Origin: Dendrobates tinctorius
Taxonomy: Eukaryota
Reading direction: 5' to 3'
Length of the DNA: 64,000 nt
Assembly: GCF_039654945.1 (NCBI RefSeq)
Contig: NW_027361813.1
Coordinates: 1,488,001 to 1,552,000, forward strand
Both the position numbers and the translations under genes were made by a program. Shown piece after piece: positions 23,001 through 35,201 of this stretch. The number at the start of each line of letters is the position of its first letter. Position 1 is the first letter of the stretch. The notes beneath the pieces were generated by a model. The model was given only the letters and a program-made list of their open reading frames with translations, was not told the origin of the DNA and did no database searches.

Positions 23001-26000
23001 ACTCTCCTGTATGCATGGCCGGAGTAGGTAAGGTATGCTCCCTATAGGTGCTGTCCTATCCTGTCCTCCAAGAATGCTTCACTCTCCTGTATGCACGGCC
23101 CGAGTAGGTAAGGTATGCCCCCTATAGGTGCTGTTCTATCCTGTCTGGGTAAATTACTTTTGCTCCCTGCAGTGCATTGTGGGAGTGGCCGGAGGGGCGA
23201 CACGTGCTGCACTCACCGTGCACCAGGCTAGGAGAGACAATATGGCAGATGTATGTGCAAAGGACGGGAGCCAGGTGAGCAAAGGACCTCCATGCTCCCC
23301 ACATCCTGCCGTCTTGCTGACTGTTAATCTACCTGTCTCTTGGCTGTGGTCTCTCACAGGAGACACTTGTGAACTTGGCCGGACTTCTCATCAGTCTTTT
23401 GATCGTTCCATTGGTGTCTGACAGTTTCTGGTGAGTTAATACTGGGTGGAAAAGCTGGAAGATGAAAGCGACTGATGGGAGACACGTTACTTCATGTCAC
23501 CAGCCTGTCGAGTGTGAGGGGGCTCTCCCGGCGCCAGCCCGTCGAGTGTGAGGGCCCTCCTAGGCATATCTATCGTCACCCTGTCTGCCCTAAGAGACCC
23601 TAAATAGGTTCCTCACCTATCGCTGAGCAGGATACCTAGTCTCTGTCAGACCCTAGCAGTAAGCCCTGCTTAGGGAAGGAAGGGGTGAACACAGGTCGAA
23701 CCCCATTAGCACTAAAGACAGCTAGGATTCACAAAACAAGGGGAAATTTATGTCGAGTAGATGCAGAGAAACACCAACGTCCTTCAAACTCCAAAGAAGA
23801 CTCTAACTGACTGCTACAGCTCCAATCCTCAACAGGTAAGTGTAAGTAGAGAATAACACTCTCAACTCCCAACTGGAAGTTGGGAGTTATAAACACCCAG
23901 ATCCAGGTGTGACCGTTGGAGCCGGGGGAGGTGGCCTCTGGGTCCAAGCATCAGAAGAACCAGACAGAAGTCTGCAATGCAAACTGCTGAGACCTTCTGT
24001 ATACAGATGCAGTGCAACGGTCTACAACCTCTGACACATCCATGACTGGACCCCTCCTTCTACGAGTGGCCTCCGGATACTCAGGACCAGGTTTCTCAGG
24101 ATAAGAAGTGTGGAACGAACGAAACCAGCCTGGGAGCATTCACGTCTAATGCAGAAACCCATATCCTTTCCTCTGGACCATAACCCCTCCAAAGCGCCAA
24201 GTATTGTAAGAAACTACGCTGAAGACGAGAATCGACAATCCTCGAAATATGAAACACGAGGTTACCATCAACCACTATTGGGGGAGGCGGTAAGGGTGAG
24301 GGCTCAAAGGGTTCCACATATTTCTTCAGCAAAGACCTGTGAAAAATGTTGTAGATCTTAAGTGCCTGAGGACGAAACACTGCTGGACCAATGACGGTGG
24401 TTATCTGATGGGCATCAATGAATCTAGGTCCCAACTTCTACCTGAAATTCCTGGTAGACAACCAAACAGTCCTTCACACCTTGTTCCGGAGCTGGCACGT
24501 GTTTACTGACAGTCATACGTTTATACCTGTCTCCCCTGACCCTGTTAGGAACAGGTAGTGGCAAAACAGGACCAGATGGGACGGGTATGCGGTACCCTAG
24601 AATGCACTGCAGGAAGCCACTTGTTCAACCACATCCCGATGCAACCCCTGCTACCAAAAACGGCCGGGAAGGAGGTCCGTGGCTTCCTTACCACCCTGGT
24701 GGTCAGCAAGTACAGAGTTATGAAATTCTCTACTTACTTTGCGGCACAAATTAGATGGCACAAGCAGTCTCCCCACAGGGCAGGAGGCAGGGGCGTTCGC
24801 CTGAGCCTCCAACTCCTTACCCTCCAGGTCATTGAACAAAGCCGAGATGCCTACTCCCTTCTGCAAAATTGGGGCAGGGTCCTCAAAGCCAGACAAAAAT
24901 GCCAGTAAGGTCCCTGTAGATACAGCAGAAGGGGAAACGTTTAGGCAGCTACCATGTCAGTAATCCCCCACTCCACAATCTCTCAGGATTGCCAATCCAC
25001 AGATGGATTATGCTTCATCATCCAGGGCAAACCCAGAACCATTGGAGTGTGGAGACCCTCCAGGACATAAGGGATTACTTCATAATGAGGAGACCCCACC
25101 GTCAGTCTTATGTTATGTACAAGCTGCGTCAGTGATCTCTGTGCAAGTGGTGCTGATCAATGGCGTAGATAGGAATAGGCTAAGCTACGGTAGACAAAGC
25201 CATGTGTTCTAGCAAAATCAGCATCCACCATACTGACTCAGCTCCACTGTCCACAAATACAGACTTTCTCTCAGACCTGCTCTCTAGCACCACCCCTGCT
25301 GTCAGGACAAAACAAGAATTGCAGGTTGAAGACGAACACACCCCTTGATTATCAAGCTCCAGGCTCCCAAGGGTTAATCGAGGCTCTTTTTGCTTTGGGA
25401 TTGCAGGATAGACCCCATTAAAATGTCCCTTCCTCCCATAAAAAAAACCCTTTTCTTGCAAATGTCGGGGGAAATGTGAGAGTAAATGCACCCCCCAACT
25501 GCATGGGTTCCTCTAACACCGCAAGTATAGCTTCACCCCCGAAACTTTCCTCCAACACCGGGATCTTGTCCCGGAAAGAGGGCTCAGAAGCAGGTGGTCT
25601 TACCCATCTGTCGTGCAGGCGTCTATCCACCCGAATAGCCAAGGACATGGCAGCCTCCAGTGATACCGGAGTCTCATACACTGATGCCTCCTCTAACCTG
25701 AGGCCCTGGAGGAATTGTCTTCTGAGAGCCGGCTCATTCCACTTGGTATCGGTCGCCCACCTGCAGAATTCAGAGCTATAAGTCTCCCCTGACCGATTCC
25801 CCTGCTGAGGGCGACGCAGCCTGGATTCAGCCCAGGAAATACGGTCAGGACCATCATAGGTAAGGGCTAAAGCCCTGAAAAACTCCTACAGACACGTAGA
25901 ATCCTGTGGAAAAGAAAAAGCCCAGGACCGAGGTTCCCCTGCAACAGTAGCATAACCATCCCTACTCGCTGCTCCTCATCTCCAGTGTATAGTAATTTGT

Positions 26001-29000
26001 AGGCCTCTTTAAACACACAAAACTTGTCCTGACCCCCCAGAAAACTGTCCAGGAGGGCAATGTTGTGTTCCAGCCGGACCGGCCTACCTGCACGTCCCCC
26101 CACACTAGGAGCCTCCAGCCGCTGGCTCAGAACGAAGGTCCGTCACCTCCAGTGACAACCTCTACAGCTGCTCGGCTAACACAGCAGGGGGATCCATGAA
26201 CCGAGCAAAAGGAAAAAACACATCACAGGAAAAAACACTAAAAACAAAAAAACACGTGTCAGGTTTTTTTTTCTTTTGCAAACATGTATGGCAAGTGATA
26301 ACGTCACACAACGTGTAGGAAAGGCTAAGTGCAACACGATGGGATAACAGCAAGGGAACCAAGCACTAGGGAAGGGGGAGTGGAGACCCCTAGGGCAGAC
26401 AGGGTAACGTTAGATCTGCCTATCGCAGAGCAGGATACCTAATCCCTGTCTGACCCTGGTGATAAGCCATGTACCGAGAAGGACAGGATTTGCGATAGTC
26501 AATACCCACTACCACTAAAGACTTGGCTCAAGTAAACTCAGAGCGAAACACCGTCGTCGTTCACACTCCAAAGAGGACACTAGCCAACTGCTGCATGTCC
26601 AAGCCTCAACAGGGAGCTGGAAATAGAAATTATCACCCTCAACTCCCAACAGGAAGTTGAGTTATAAACGCCCAGATCCAGGTGTGACTATTACTGCCGG
26701 GGATGGTGGCCACTGGGTCCAACTGGCAGAAGGACCAGGCAGAAGTCTGCAAAGAAAACTGAGACCTTCTGCAGACAGATGCAGTCCAGCTGTCTGCAGC
26801 TTCTGACACATCAGTGACGCTGGGCTCTGCTGTTGACCTCTGCTGGTGACCTCTGCTCTGTTCCTGGGCTGGGCTCTGCTGGTGACCTCTGCTCTGTGCC
26901 TGGGCTGGGCTCTGCTGTTGACCTCCGCTCTGTGCCTGGGCTGGGCTCTGCTGTTGACCTCCGCTCTGTGCCTGGGCTGGGCTCTGCTGTTGACCTCCGC
27001 TCTGTGCCTGGGCTGGGCTCTGCTGTTGACCTCCGCTCTGTGTCTGGGCTGGGCTCTGCTGTTGACCTCCGCTCTGTGCCTGGGCTGGGCTCTGCTGTTG
27101 ACCTCCGCTCTGTGCCTGGGCTGGGCTCTGCTGTTGACCTCCGCTCTGTGCCTGGGCTGGGCTCTGCTGTTGACCTCCGCTCTGTGCCTGGGCTGGGCTC
27201 TGCTGTTGACCTCCGCTCTGTGCCTGGGCTGGGCTCTGCTGTTGACCTCCGCTCTGTGCCTGGGCTGGGCTCTGCTGTTGACCTCCGCTCTGTGCCTGGG
27301 CTGGGCTCTGCTGTTGACCTCCGCTCTGTGCCTGGGCTGGGCTCTGCTGTTGACCTCCGCTCTGTGCCTGGGCTGGGCTCTGCTGTTGACCTCCGCTCTG
27401 TGCCTGGGCTGGGCTCTGCTGTTGACCTCTGCTCTGTGCCTGGGCTGGGCTCTGCTGTTGACCTCTGCTCTGTGCCTGGGCTGGGCTCTGCTGTTGACCT
27501 CTGCTATGTGCCTGGGCTGGGCTCTGCTGTTGACCTCTGCTCTGTTCCTGGGCTGGGCTCTGCTGTTGACCTCTGCTGTGTGCCTGGGCTGGGCTCTGCT
27601 GTTGACCTCTGCTATGTGCCTGGGCTGGGCTCTGCTGTTGACCTCTGCTATGTGCCTGGGCTGGGCTCTGCTGTTGACCTCTGCTCTGTTCCTGGGCTGG
27701 GCTCTGCTGTTGACCTCTGCTATGTGCCTGGGCTGGGCTCTGCTGTTGACCTCTGCTATGTGCCTGGGCTGGTCCAGGCTCTGCTCGCCTCCTGGGCCGG
27801 ACTCTGCTTGGCTCTGACCAACCATTCTGTACTTGGAGTCTGTTCTTTTCTGCTCTCTTATGGGCGTGCGTATCTCTTCCCAGGACAACATACCTCCTGT
27901 TCCTCCTCCTGACCTGTCTGCACCTTTATGCCAATTATCGTGCTGTTCGCTCTGTTATCATGGAGACTCTCAACCAGTCACGGCTTGCGATAGTACTAGA
28001 GCATTTTCTTAGAGAGGGCCGTATCCTGAGTCCAGCTGAAGCCAACCCCAAGGAGCCGCTGTTACCAGGTGGGTAACCCCCCAGTGGGATGGACCACCCA
28101 CGGTGAGCCATGGGCTGCAGCCGCTCATGGTGATGCCAATGTTGTTTTTTGCTGCAGGTCTCGGTACACAAGTATCAGTCGATGTCGGCGTCTCCTTGAG
28201 TGTGGTCATCTCCAGGTAGAGGCATGGCGGTCTCTGCAGGTCAGTGGCAGGATATCTCTGCAGCGGCTGAAGGTTCTCTCTTATTTTCCAGTGTCTCACA
28301 GCTGGAACTCCTAAAGAAAGGGAATGAATCTCTGTACCTGCTGGGGTGGCGGAGAGACACAGGTGAGCTCGGGATGGCGCCATGTTCCTCATTGTGCTCC
28401 ATCACACTGTCTCAGTCTGGGTGTGATGGAGGAAACGCTGTGATGTCTTGCAGGTCGCATGGCGGTTGTTTTACATGAGAGGTCAAGCAGCGCTGACATC
28501 ATCAGATCTGTGGTCCATGCCGAGATTCTTCACAGGAAAAGCTCATGTTCAGGTGTGTGCCCGAGGTCCGGCTCTGCCAGTATGGAGTCAGCCATGCTGA
28601 GTGCAGAAAATGTGGTATTAATGGTGTCCATTCCTCATGTCCTTCAGATCCTGCCCGCTACACTATCTTGGCCGAGACACACGAATACGTCAGCCGCATT
28701 TTCCCGGACTTCTGTCACGGTACCTATTCTAAGTGCTTGTCAATCACTGTAATGCCAGGATCACACGTGCGAGAAGCTTGGACGAGTCTCGCATGTTAAT
28801 ACCTGGCACCGGCACGCAGAGCAATACATGCAGCCGCACGCTCCGCTCCTGAGTGCCGGCGGCAGTGCCAGATATTAACATGCGAGACTCGTCCAAGTTT
28901 CTCACATGTGTGATCCCAGCCTAATACCCAGGACAGGGTTCAGCTCTGCAGCACCCAGCGGCTTCGGGCCCTGGTCTGTGCTGACCACACATGGTGGCTC

Positions 29001-29149
29001 TCTGTACTAGGGCCCCTAGCATGTTTATCTCTCATGCAGTCATGACTGTCTCTTTTGCAGGTCTCTGTGCATCAGGCTGGCTGACCGATCGCAATCTTCT
29101 AGACTCCGATGACTGGAGGGCAAATTGGGATACAAATAAAGGACTGTGA
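20095..29149 (+). CDS. RUSF1: RUS family member 1 (C16orf58, DUF647), 14 coding exons, 423 aa
   Basis: Manually spliced join(20095-20241,21859-21936,22064-22178,22253-22298,22367-22399,22536-22641,23173-23274,23360-23430,27884-28068,28158-28215,28292-28362,28454-28552,28648-28719,29061-29149). Total 1272 nt, all introns GT-AG, phases consistent. The peptide contains CTERYGSGE, FLPHGFPDSVSEDYLEYQLWDTLQAFSSS, LDCDAKRWRLFADLLND, VAGGATRAALTVHQARRDNMADVCAKDGSQETLVNLAGLL and HLYANYRAVRSVIMETLN, matching the RUS1 family as recalled. Confidence 0.95.
20425..21075 (+). mobile_element. Gypsy-type LTR fragment ending TGACA (21054), followed by a tRNA-Leu primer-binding site (21058-21075), in a RUSF1 intron
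   Basis: TGGTGGCAGCGGTGGGAT is the 18-nt complement of a tRNA-Leu 3' end. The sequence is homologous, in reverse complement, to the LTR at 29434-29977. The left boundary is uncertain. Confidence 0.8.
22592..23146 (+). repeat. Seven tandem 75-81-bp copies of a RUSF1 exon 3' end plus its 5' splice site
   Basis: The unit CCCAGCAT..CACTCT..TGCACGGCCGGAGTA(T/G)GTAAG|GTA.GCCCCCTATAGGTGCTGTC recurs, with donor-equivalent GT at 22642, 22723, 22798, 22873, 22953, 23033 and 23113. Confidence 0.95.
23495..26819 (-). mobile_element. Degenerate chromodomain-bearing Gypsy (Sushi-like chromovirus) with two diverged LTRs, in a RUSF1 intron
   Basis: LTR-like direct repeats at ~23495-24047 and ~26302-26819, with a polypurine tract at ~24049-24060. 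Integrase C-terminus/chromodomain (IVDSR..LQYLALWRGYGPEERIWV) at 24096-24434, protease VDSGA at ~25240, gag remnants (SLAIRVDRRL..EEPMQLG) at 25418-26200. RT appears deleted. Confidence 0.85.
26820..27775. repeat. 36-bp minisatellite (GGGCTGGGCTCTGCTGTTGACCTCCGCTCTGTGCCT)n
   Basis: About 26 tandem copies, ending ~110 nt before the RUSF1 acceptor at 27883. Confidence 0.97.
28753..28921. mobile_element. Short palindromic PIF/Harbinger-type MITE in the last RUSF1 intron
   Basis: TAA flanks on both sides. Inverted ends GGATCACAC.TG.GAGAA...TTCTCACATGTGTGATCC. Confidence 0.75.
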
Positions 29150-29433
29150 CCACACATATGAGATCATCGGTCGTGAAAGCATTATGGTGGCGCTGTAAAA
29201 AAAAATCAATGGCGCAGGACATTTACATAAGGAAAAGGAGACAACTATTGCGTGGATCACGGGCAGCAGATGGTGTGGGGGCTCAAGGCTAGCGGATGGT
29301 GTGCCACCAGGGCTGTTTGGGGGATGGTGGTGGACTTAGGAATTTAGATAATGGTGGTGGGCAGCAGAGCGTGTGTGGCGGGGGAGGACTCAGGACCGTA
29401 GGTGACGGCTGTGCCACCAGGTGTATAAGAGGA

Positions 29434-30235
29434 TGCCACGTACCCGCTTCTCAGCCTGTGACTTGGGGTTGCGCCTGCAAGGGTTAATCTATCTCCTCTC
29501 AGGCCAGCATTCAGCCTCTGTCCTATGCTGCAGTGGGGGCATAAATCACACCCCGACACAGACCACACACCCCACTTCATACACACGGCCGATGAGTCCC
29601 AGAAATACTACTACTGTCCGCCAATCACCAGGATCACACACTTTAAGGCTATGGATTCGTTTTAAGCTTTAATAGAAAAGGTTCAGTGCTTACAATAAAA
29701 GGATATAAAAATGCAAATCTTTTATAAAAATAAAAGGGAGAAACTTACTGAGATATCTAAACCTTGCAGTCTGGTATTCTGCCTCCGGAGGTGGGGGGGA
29801 ATACGAAATGGATCACATCAGCTTGGCTGCCCTCAAGCTGTGAACAACTTTCTTTGTGTGTGGCTTAGTTTATAGGTTTAGCCTGGAGATCAGATTTCTA
29901 GACCAGCCTCTCAAGTTTATCTTAATTCCTGGTTTGTGACTTGACCATGGCTACTTTACCAGTGAATACATTATTTTCTAAAGGCGCTGGTCTTTGCTTT
30001 TCTTTCCCATAGTAAATAGAAATTGTCAGACTGCAAATAGGTCACATTTGGCTTCTGCCTTCGAGGCATCAGGGATCTGAAATGTTTCCAATTCTGTGTG
30101 TTCTCAGGAAATCACCCTGGGGTCTGAGACCAGGAAACTGCCTTTTCTCAGGGTCACATAGGTTATCACCTTTGTGCTTCCTTGATCAGATGCTGATTTA
30201 CTGCCGGTTATACATCCATACATATTTTCACTACA
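29434..30235 (-). mobile_element. 3' LTR of a Gmr1-type Gypsy element
   Basis: On the minus strand, the PPT AAGGAGGGAGG (30246-30236) is followed by TGTAGTG...GTGGCA, directly after the RNase H ORF. Confidence 0.85.
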
Positions 30236-30268
30236 CCTCCCTCCTTATGAACGTGCATGGGGGTTGAC

Positions 30269-31590
30269 TCACAGATCAGCTCCTGAGTGTGTATCTGGTT
30301 CCGCCCCGCGCTGGTGAGATAAACCATCGGCATTGCCGTGATCTACTCCTTTCTTATGTTGAATTGTGAAATCATATTGCTGCAATATCAGGCTCCATCT
30401 AAGCAATTTCCCGTTGTCCCCAACTACTCTGAGCCGACTCAGTGGGTTACGATCTGTTATGGTGAAGTTACGCCCATAGAGGTATGGTTGCAGTTTCTGC
30501 AGGGCCCACACAATTGACAAACATTCCTTTTCATTGGTGGCATAAGCCAATTCTCTGGGCAGAAGTTTCCTGCTTAGGTAGAGAATTGGAAGCTCCTCAC
30601 CTTGCTGGTTCACCTGGCTGAGACCCGCACCTAGCCCATAGGTGCTGGCGTCTGTCTGCACTACAAACCAGCTAGTGCAATCTGGGGCCTGACGGACGGG
30701 TGAGCTAACCAATGCCGACTTTAGGGCAGAAAATGATTCCTCACACTGAGGAGTCCAGGAAACAATCTGGGGAAGCTTCCTCCTGGTCAGATCAGTTAAT
30801 GGCTTGGCCAGAGCACTGGATAGCACTCCTATAGTAGCCAGCCATGGCCAGGAAGGACAGTACTTGCTTCTTGGTTCGTGGGGTGGGCCAGGCTGTAATG
30901 GCTTCTACCTTCTCTGGCTCAGGTTTTAGCCGGCCTCCCCCCACCCGGTGTCCGAGGTAATGTACTTCCTGCATGGTTACCTGACACTCCCCTGGCTTAG
31001 GGTCCCATTTCACTTAGCGACGCACCAGCGATCCCGACAACGATGCGACCTGGTAAGGATCGCTGGTGCGTCGCTGGTGAGCTGCCAAACAGGCAGATCT
31101 CTTCAGCGACGCAGCAGCGATCCAGTGATCAAATACAGCGATGCATGCTGGCCAGCAGGACGCCGATGAGGAAAAAATGGCCCAGGACCTTCCTGCACGA
31201 TCAGCGCTATCCAGCGGGGGGCCGGTCGCTGCTGCGTGTCACATGTATTCGGTGATGCATTAGCGATCTCGCTATGTGAGACGGGGCCTTAGTATTAAGC
31301 CTTTGTAACACCTGGGAAAGATGTACAAGGTGTTCCAAGAATTACTGAAAATGGCTATATCATCGAGACAAGCCACGGCAAAACCATCAGACCCTTCCAA
31401 TAAGTGATTACCCAACCTCTGGAAGGCGGCAGGGGCATTTTTCATATCAAATGGCCTCACTAGAAACAGCCTGAGTGGCGTTATAAAGGCAGACCTCTCC
31501 TGGGCGTCTGTGGTCAGGGGTGTCTGCCAGTATCCTCTACTGAATCCATGATAGTGAGGTGCGAGGCATTAACAGCTCGTCTATCCTCGG
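30269..31590 (-). pseudogene. Degenerate Gypsy pol: RT and RNase H
   Basis: PFDMKNAPAAFQRL..ACLDDIAIFS (RT), YLGHRVGGG, VQTDASTYGLGAGLSQ..ECLSIVWAL..NADGLS (RNase H). Frameshifted and interrupted by a MITE. Confidence 0.92.
31000..31288. mobile_element. PIF/Harbinger-type MITE inside the Gypsy RT
   Basis: TTA on both flanks, imperfect TIRs GGGTCCCATTTCAC / GTGAGACGGGGCC, and CAGCGAT repeats. Confidence 0.7.
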
Positions 31591-31957
31591 CATGGGGTAG
31601 ACCCCACTCGGAGTCAGTAGATGTAATTTCACTGGTCAACACAAAAAAATCATCAGCAAAGGTAAGATGTCTGTGTTATGGAGTCTGATGTGCTAATGAG
31701 TTTTATGGGAAGGAGTACTGACAGTGCAGGCAACCAATGACGGCTTCTCGGGAAGTCACATGTTATGGGAGGAGCTATCTGTTATTAGGCGGTAAGATGT
31801 GAGTCAGAAAAGGACGGTGATGGCAGCGAGGACTGGTATGTGAGACTTACAGGAGACTGGCCTCTACAGGGATCTGAGCCCTGCCACAGGGAGATAGAAG
31901 GGGAGGCAGCGGACAGCCGCCATTGTGAGAGGCGTTTAACTGCATTTCTGTGAGGGT

Positions 31958-32425
31958 CGCCACTGAGTGAGGGTCGCCACTGAGGTGTCACTGAGTGAGG
32001 GTCTCCACTGAGGTGTCACTGAGTGAGGGTCTCCACTGAGGTGTCACTGAGTGAGGGTCTCCACTGAGGAGTCACTGAGTGAGGGTCTCCACTGAGGAGT
32101 CACTGAGTGAGGGTCTCCACTGAGGAGTCACTGAGTGAGGGTCTCCACTGAGGAGTCACTGAGTGAGGGTCTCCACTGAGGAGGCACTGAGTGAGGGTCT
32201 CCACTGAGGAGTCACTGAGTGAGGGTCTCCACTGAGGAGTCACTGAGTGAGGGTCTCCACTGAGGAGTCACTGAGTGAGGGTCGCCACTGAGGTGTCACT
32301 GAGTGAGGGTCGCCACTGAGGTGTCACTGTGTGAGGGTCGCCACTGAGGTGTCACTGAGTGAGGGTCGCCACTGAGGTGTCACTGAGTGAGGGTCTCCAC
32401 TGAGGTGTCACTGAGTGAGGGTCTC
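31958..32425. repeat. 28-bp minisatellite (CACTGAGTGAGGGTCTCCACTGAGGAGT)n
   Basis: About 16 copies in the 5' non-coding part of the Chapaev3-like element. Confidence 0.95.
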
Positions 32426-32687
32426 CAGAGAGAGAGAACCTGAGAGCAGCCGATGTCACCCTGAGAAGCTGCCTGTCTGCAGATGTTCATCTGTAAGGAA
32501 CAGGCCGACCCGTTCACCTCACAACTGTATATAGTGATCGACCAGATCACCTCCAGTAACATCAGCTCTACATACAAGCTGCCTCTGTCATCTCCGGGGA
32601 AACCTCTACATGTAGTGGCTCATCACATTTTTTTTAGTTTGTCACCACCATTGAACTGAGCTTACTCTACTGTTTGATCTGACTTAA

Positions 32688-33226
32688 AGGGAATCTGTCA
32701 CCCTTTTTTTTGGACTATGAGCTGCAGGCACCGCCATCAGGAGCTTATCTGTCTCATTCTGTAATGTATTCTGTTATGCTGTAAATAAGCCCCCGATGTA
32801 ACCTGAAAGATAAGAAAAAAGAGTTATACTCACCCAGGGGCGGTCCGATGGTTGTCGCCGTCCGGCGCCTCCCATCTTCATACAATGCCGTCCTCTTCTT
32901 CCCTTCCTGCCGTGGCGCAGGCGTATGGCTCGGCCCTTTTGAGGGCAGAGCAGAGTCCTGCAGTGTGCAGGCGCCGGGAGCCAACAGCCCTCAACAGGGC
33001 AGAGCAGTGCGCCGTAGCCACGACAGGAAGGGAAGAAGAGGACGGCATTGTATGAAGATGGGAGGTGCTGGACCGCCCCCCCGGTGAGTATAATATAACG
33101 TGTTTTATCTTTCAGGGTACATCGGGGGCTTATCTACAGCATTACAGAATGCATTACAGAATGCTGGAGATAAACCCCTGATGGCGGTGCCGGCAGCTGA
33201 TAGTCCAAAAAGGGGACAGATTCCCT
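32688..33226. mobile_element. Kolobok/T2-type MITE with TTAA target duplication
   Basis: TTAA|AGGGAATCTGTC...GACAGATTCCCT|TTAA; almost entirely palindromic. Confidence 0.88.
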
Positions 33227-35201
33227 TTAAAGAAGAAAAATGCCCAGACAGTGGATCAATCATACCATCAGATTCTGCTATGGGTGTGGTTCTGTTACAC
33301 CAAAATGCCAAGTATGTTCAATCACTCTTGATATTATACAGATGTACCAGATGGACTGTAAGGGTCCACTTGGTGACCAAGACAAAAGCTGGTCCCCTCA
33401 TGTGATAGGCTCAAGTTGTTCATATGGTCTTCATGACTGGCTGAATATGAGGAAGGGGCTATGCCATTTGCTGTTCCCAAGATTTGGAGGGAACCCCAAA
33501 ATCATAGTGGTGACTGTTCCTTTTGTTTTGTGAAACTGAAGGGCTTTTCTACAAAGAACAAACATAAGATGAATTACCCTGAGCGTGAATCTGCGATGAG
33601 GCGTGATGGTACCTTGCCAGTTCCTGTACCACCATTGATTGGATGAAAATGAAGTAGAATATGAAGACTATGGAGCTGGAGCTACTGGCGAAGACATGGA
33701 GACCTCAAGTCAAGATCTGATGGAGCAGCCGGAACGCTTTACTCAACATGAATTAAGTGATCTCATCAGAGACCTTCCATTGTCAGAAGAGAACGCTGAG
33801 CTTCTGGCATCTAGGATGAAACAGAAGAATCTTCATGATGATGTCCAAGTGTGTCTGGCTAACACGGTGCCACAGTATTATTTTGTATTGTACCTCATAC
33901 TGAAGCAGACGTCACAATTGTGCACAGTTGATGGACCAATGGTGTACTGTAACAATGTGAGCGGCCTCTCTGAAGAACTGAATCCAGAGTGTTTTGTTGC
34001 AGATTGGGGATTGTTTACTGACTCATCCCAGAGAAGTTTGAAAGCAGTGCTGCTTCACAATGGAAATCTGAAACCATCAATCCCTATTGCTCACTCGTGT
34101 CATCCAAAGGAAAGCGAGGAAGATCTGTCAGTTGTTTTGGATGCTATACAATATAAGCATCATCAATGGAATATCTGGAGATTTGAAAGTCATTGGTCTG
34201 CTAATGGGAATTCAAGGAGGTTTCACAAAATATCATTGCGTCTTGTGTTTACGGGACGGTAGAAATACAGTCGAGCGTTAGGTTTGTCTCTACCTGGAGC
34301 AGAGATGTTTCTCTGTCCCCAATCACGACAGTGTTCAGCAGAATCCTTTAGGTGCTCCAACAAAAATCTTTCTTCCTCCACGCCATATAAAGTTGGGATT
34401 GATTATAAACATTGTGAAAGCCATGGCAAAGACAAATTCACAAGGGCTCCAACGTACATCTCACACATCAGAGCGCTCATGAGAGAGGAGGTGTCTGAAG
34501 GAACTCTAAATGAGAAGGAACTGAGATCTTGGAAAAGCTTCAAGTGGATCTGTGAAACCTTCTTAGGAGAAATAATCTCCAGAATATGCTGAAGGTGTTG
34601 GGGAGCTGCTATATGTGTCCCGGATGTCGCAGCTCTCTGAAAATGCACTTTCTGCAGTCACATTTAGATTTCTTCCCTCATCTTGGGGATGTGAGCGATG
34701 AACAGGCGAGCGGTGTCACCAGGACAGTAAAGTAGTGGAGCACCGCTACCAGGGGTTGTGGAAAGCCTCAATGACGGCGGATTACTGGTGGATGTTATAT
34801 AAGGACATCCCTGAAAAGTCGTATCAGCGACAGTCTAATGTCAAGCACTTATCATTTCTGCTCATATTTTGGTTTCTATTTTTCATGTGAATAATAAAAG
34901 CTGTTTTGTAAAGTGAAGCCTTTTTTCTGATCTGTAGCTGACTGTTAATGTCACCAGTATATTTCCTATACCTTTATAAGGACGACGCTGCTCCATGGAA
35001 ACGCTACCTGCTACAGAACAACTATATACATTCCTGAAGTCGGGAAATAAAAAGGATTTAGAAAAGTACAAAGTCAACTGCGAAGATTACAAAAAGTATT
35101 TTTTTGGCTGACACCATCACCCACAGGAGGTAAAAACTAATCTGTGCACTATTGATGTTATGTGTATAGGACTATTGGTTACTGACCCATTGATTACTGT
35201 G

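Larger units (their letters stand above)
31630..35112 (+). mobile_element. Chapaev3-like (CMC superfamily) DNA transposon; transposase pseudogene at ~33240-34850
   Basis: 5' end CACTGGTCAACA. Fragments read MPR..RFCYGCG, MPFAVPKIWREPQNHSGDCSFC, ELSDLIRDL, DSSQRSLKAVLLHNGN, GDLKVIGLLMGIQGGFTKY, SLKMHFL.SHLDFF and GDVSDEQ. Multiple frameshifts; the right end is degenerate. Confidence 0.8.

Noticed and set aside
26662-27912. 12-aa repeat proteins on both strands
   Set aside because: A 36-bp intronic minisatellite; the true RUSF1 exon begins at 27884.
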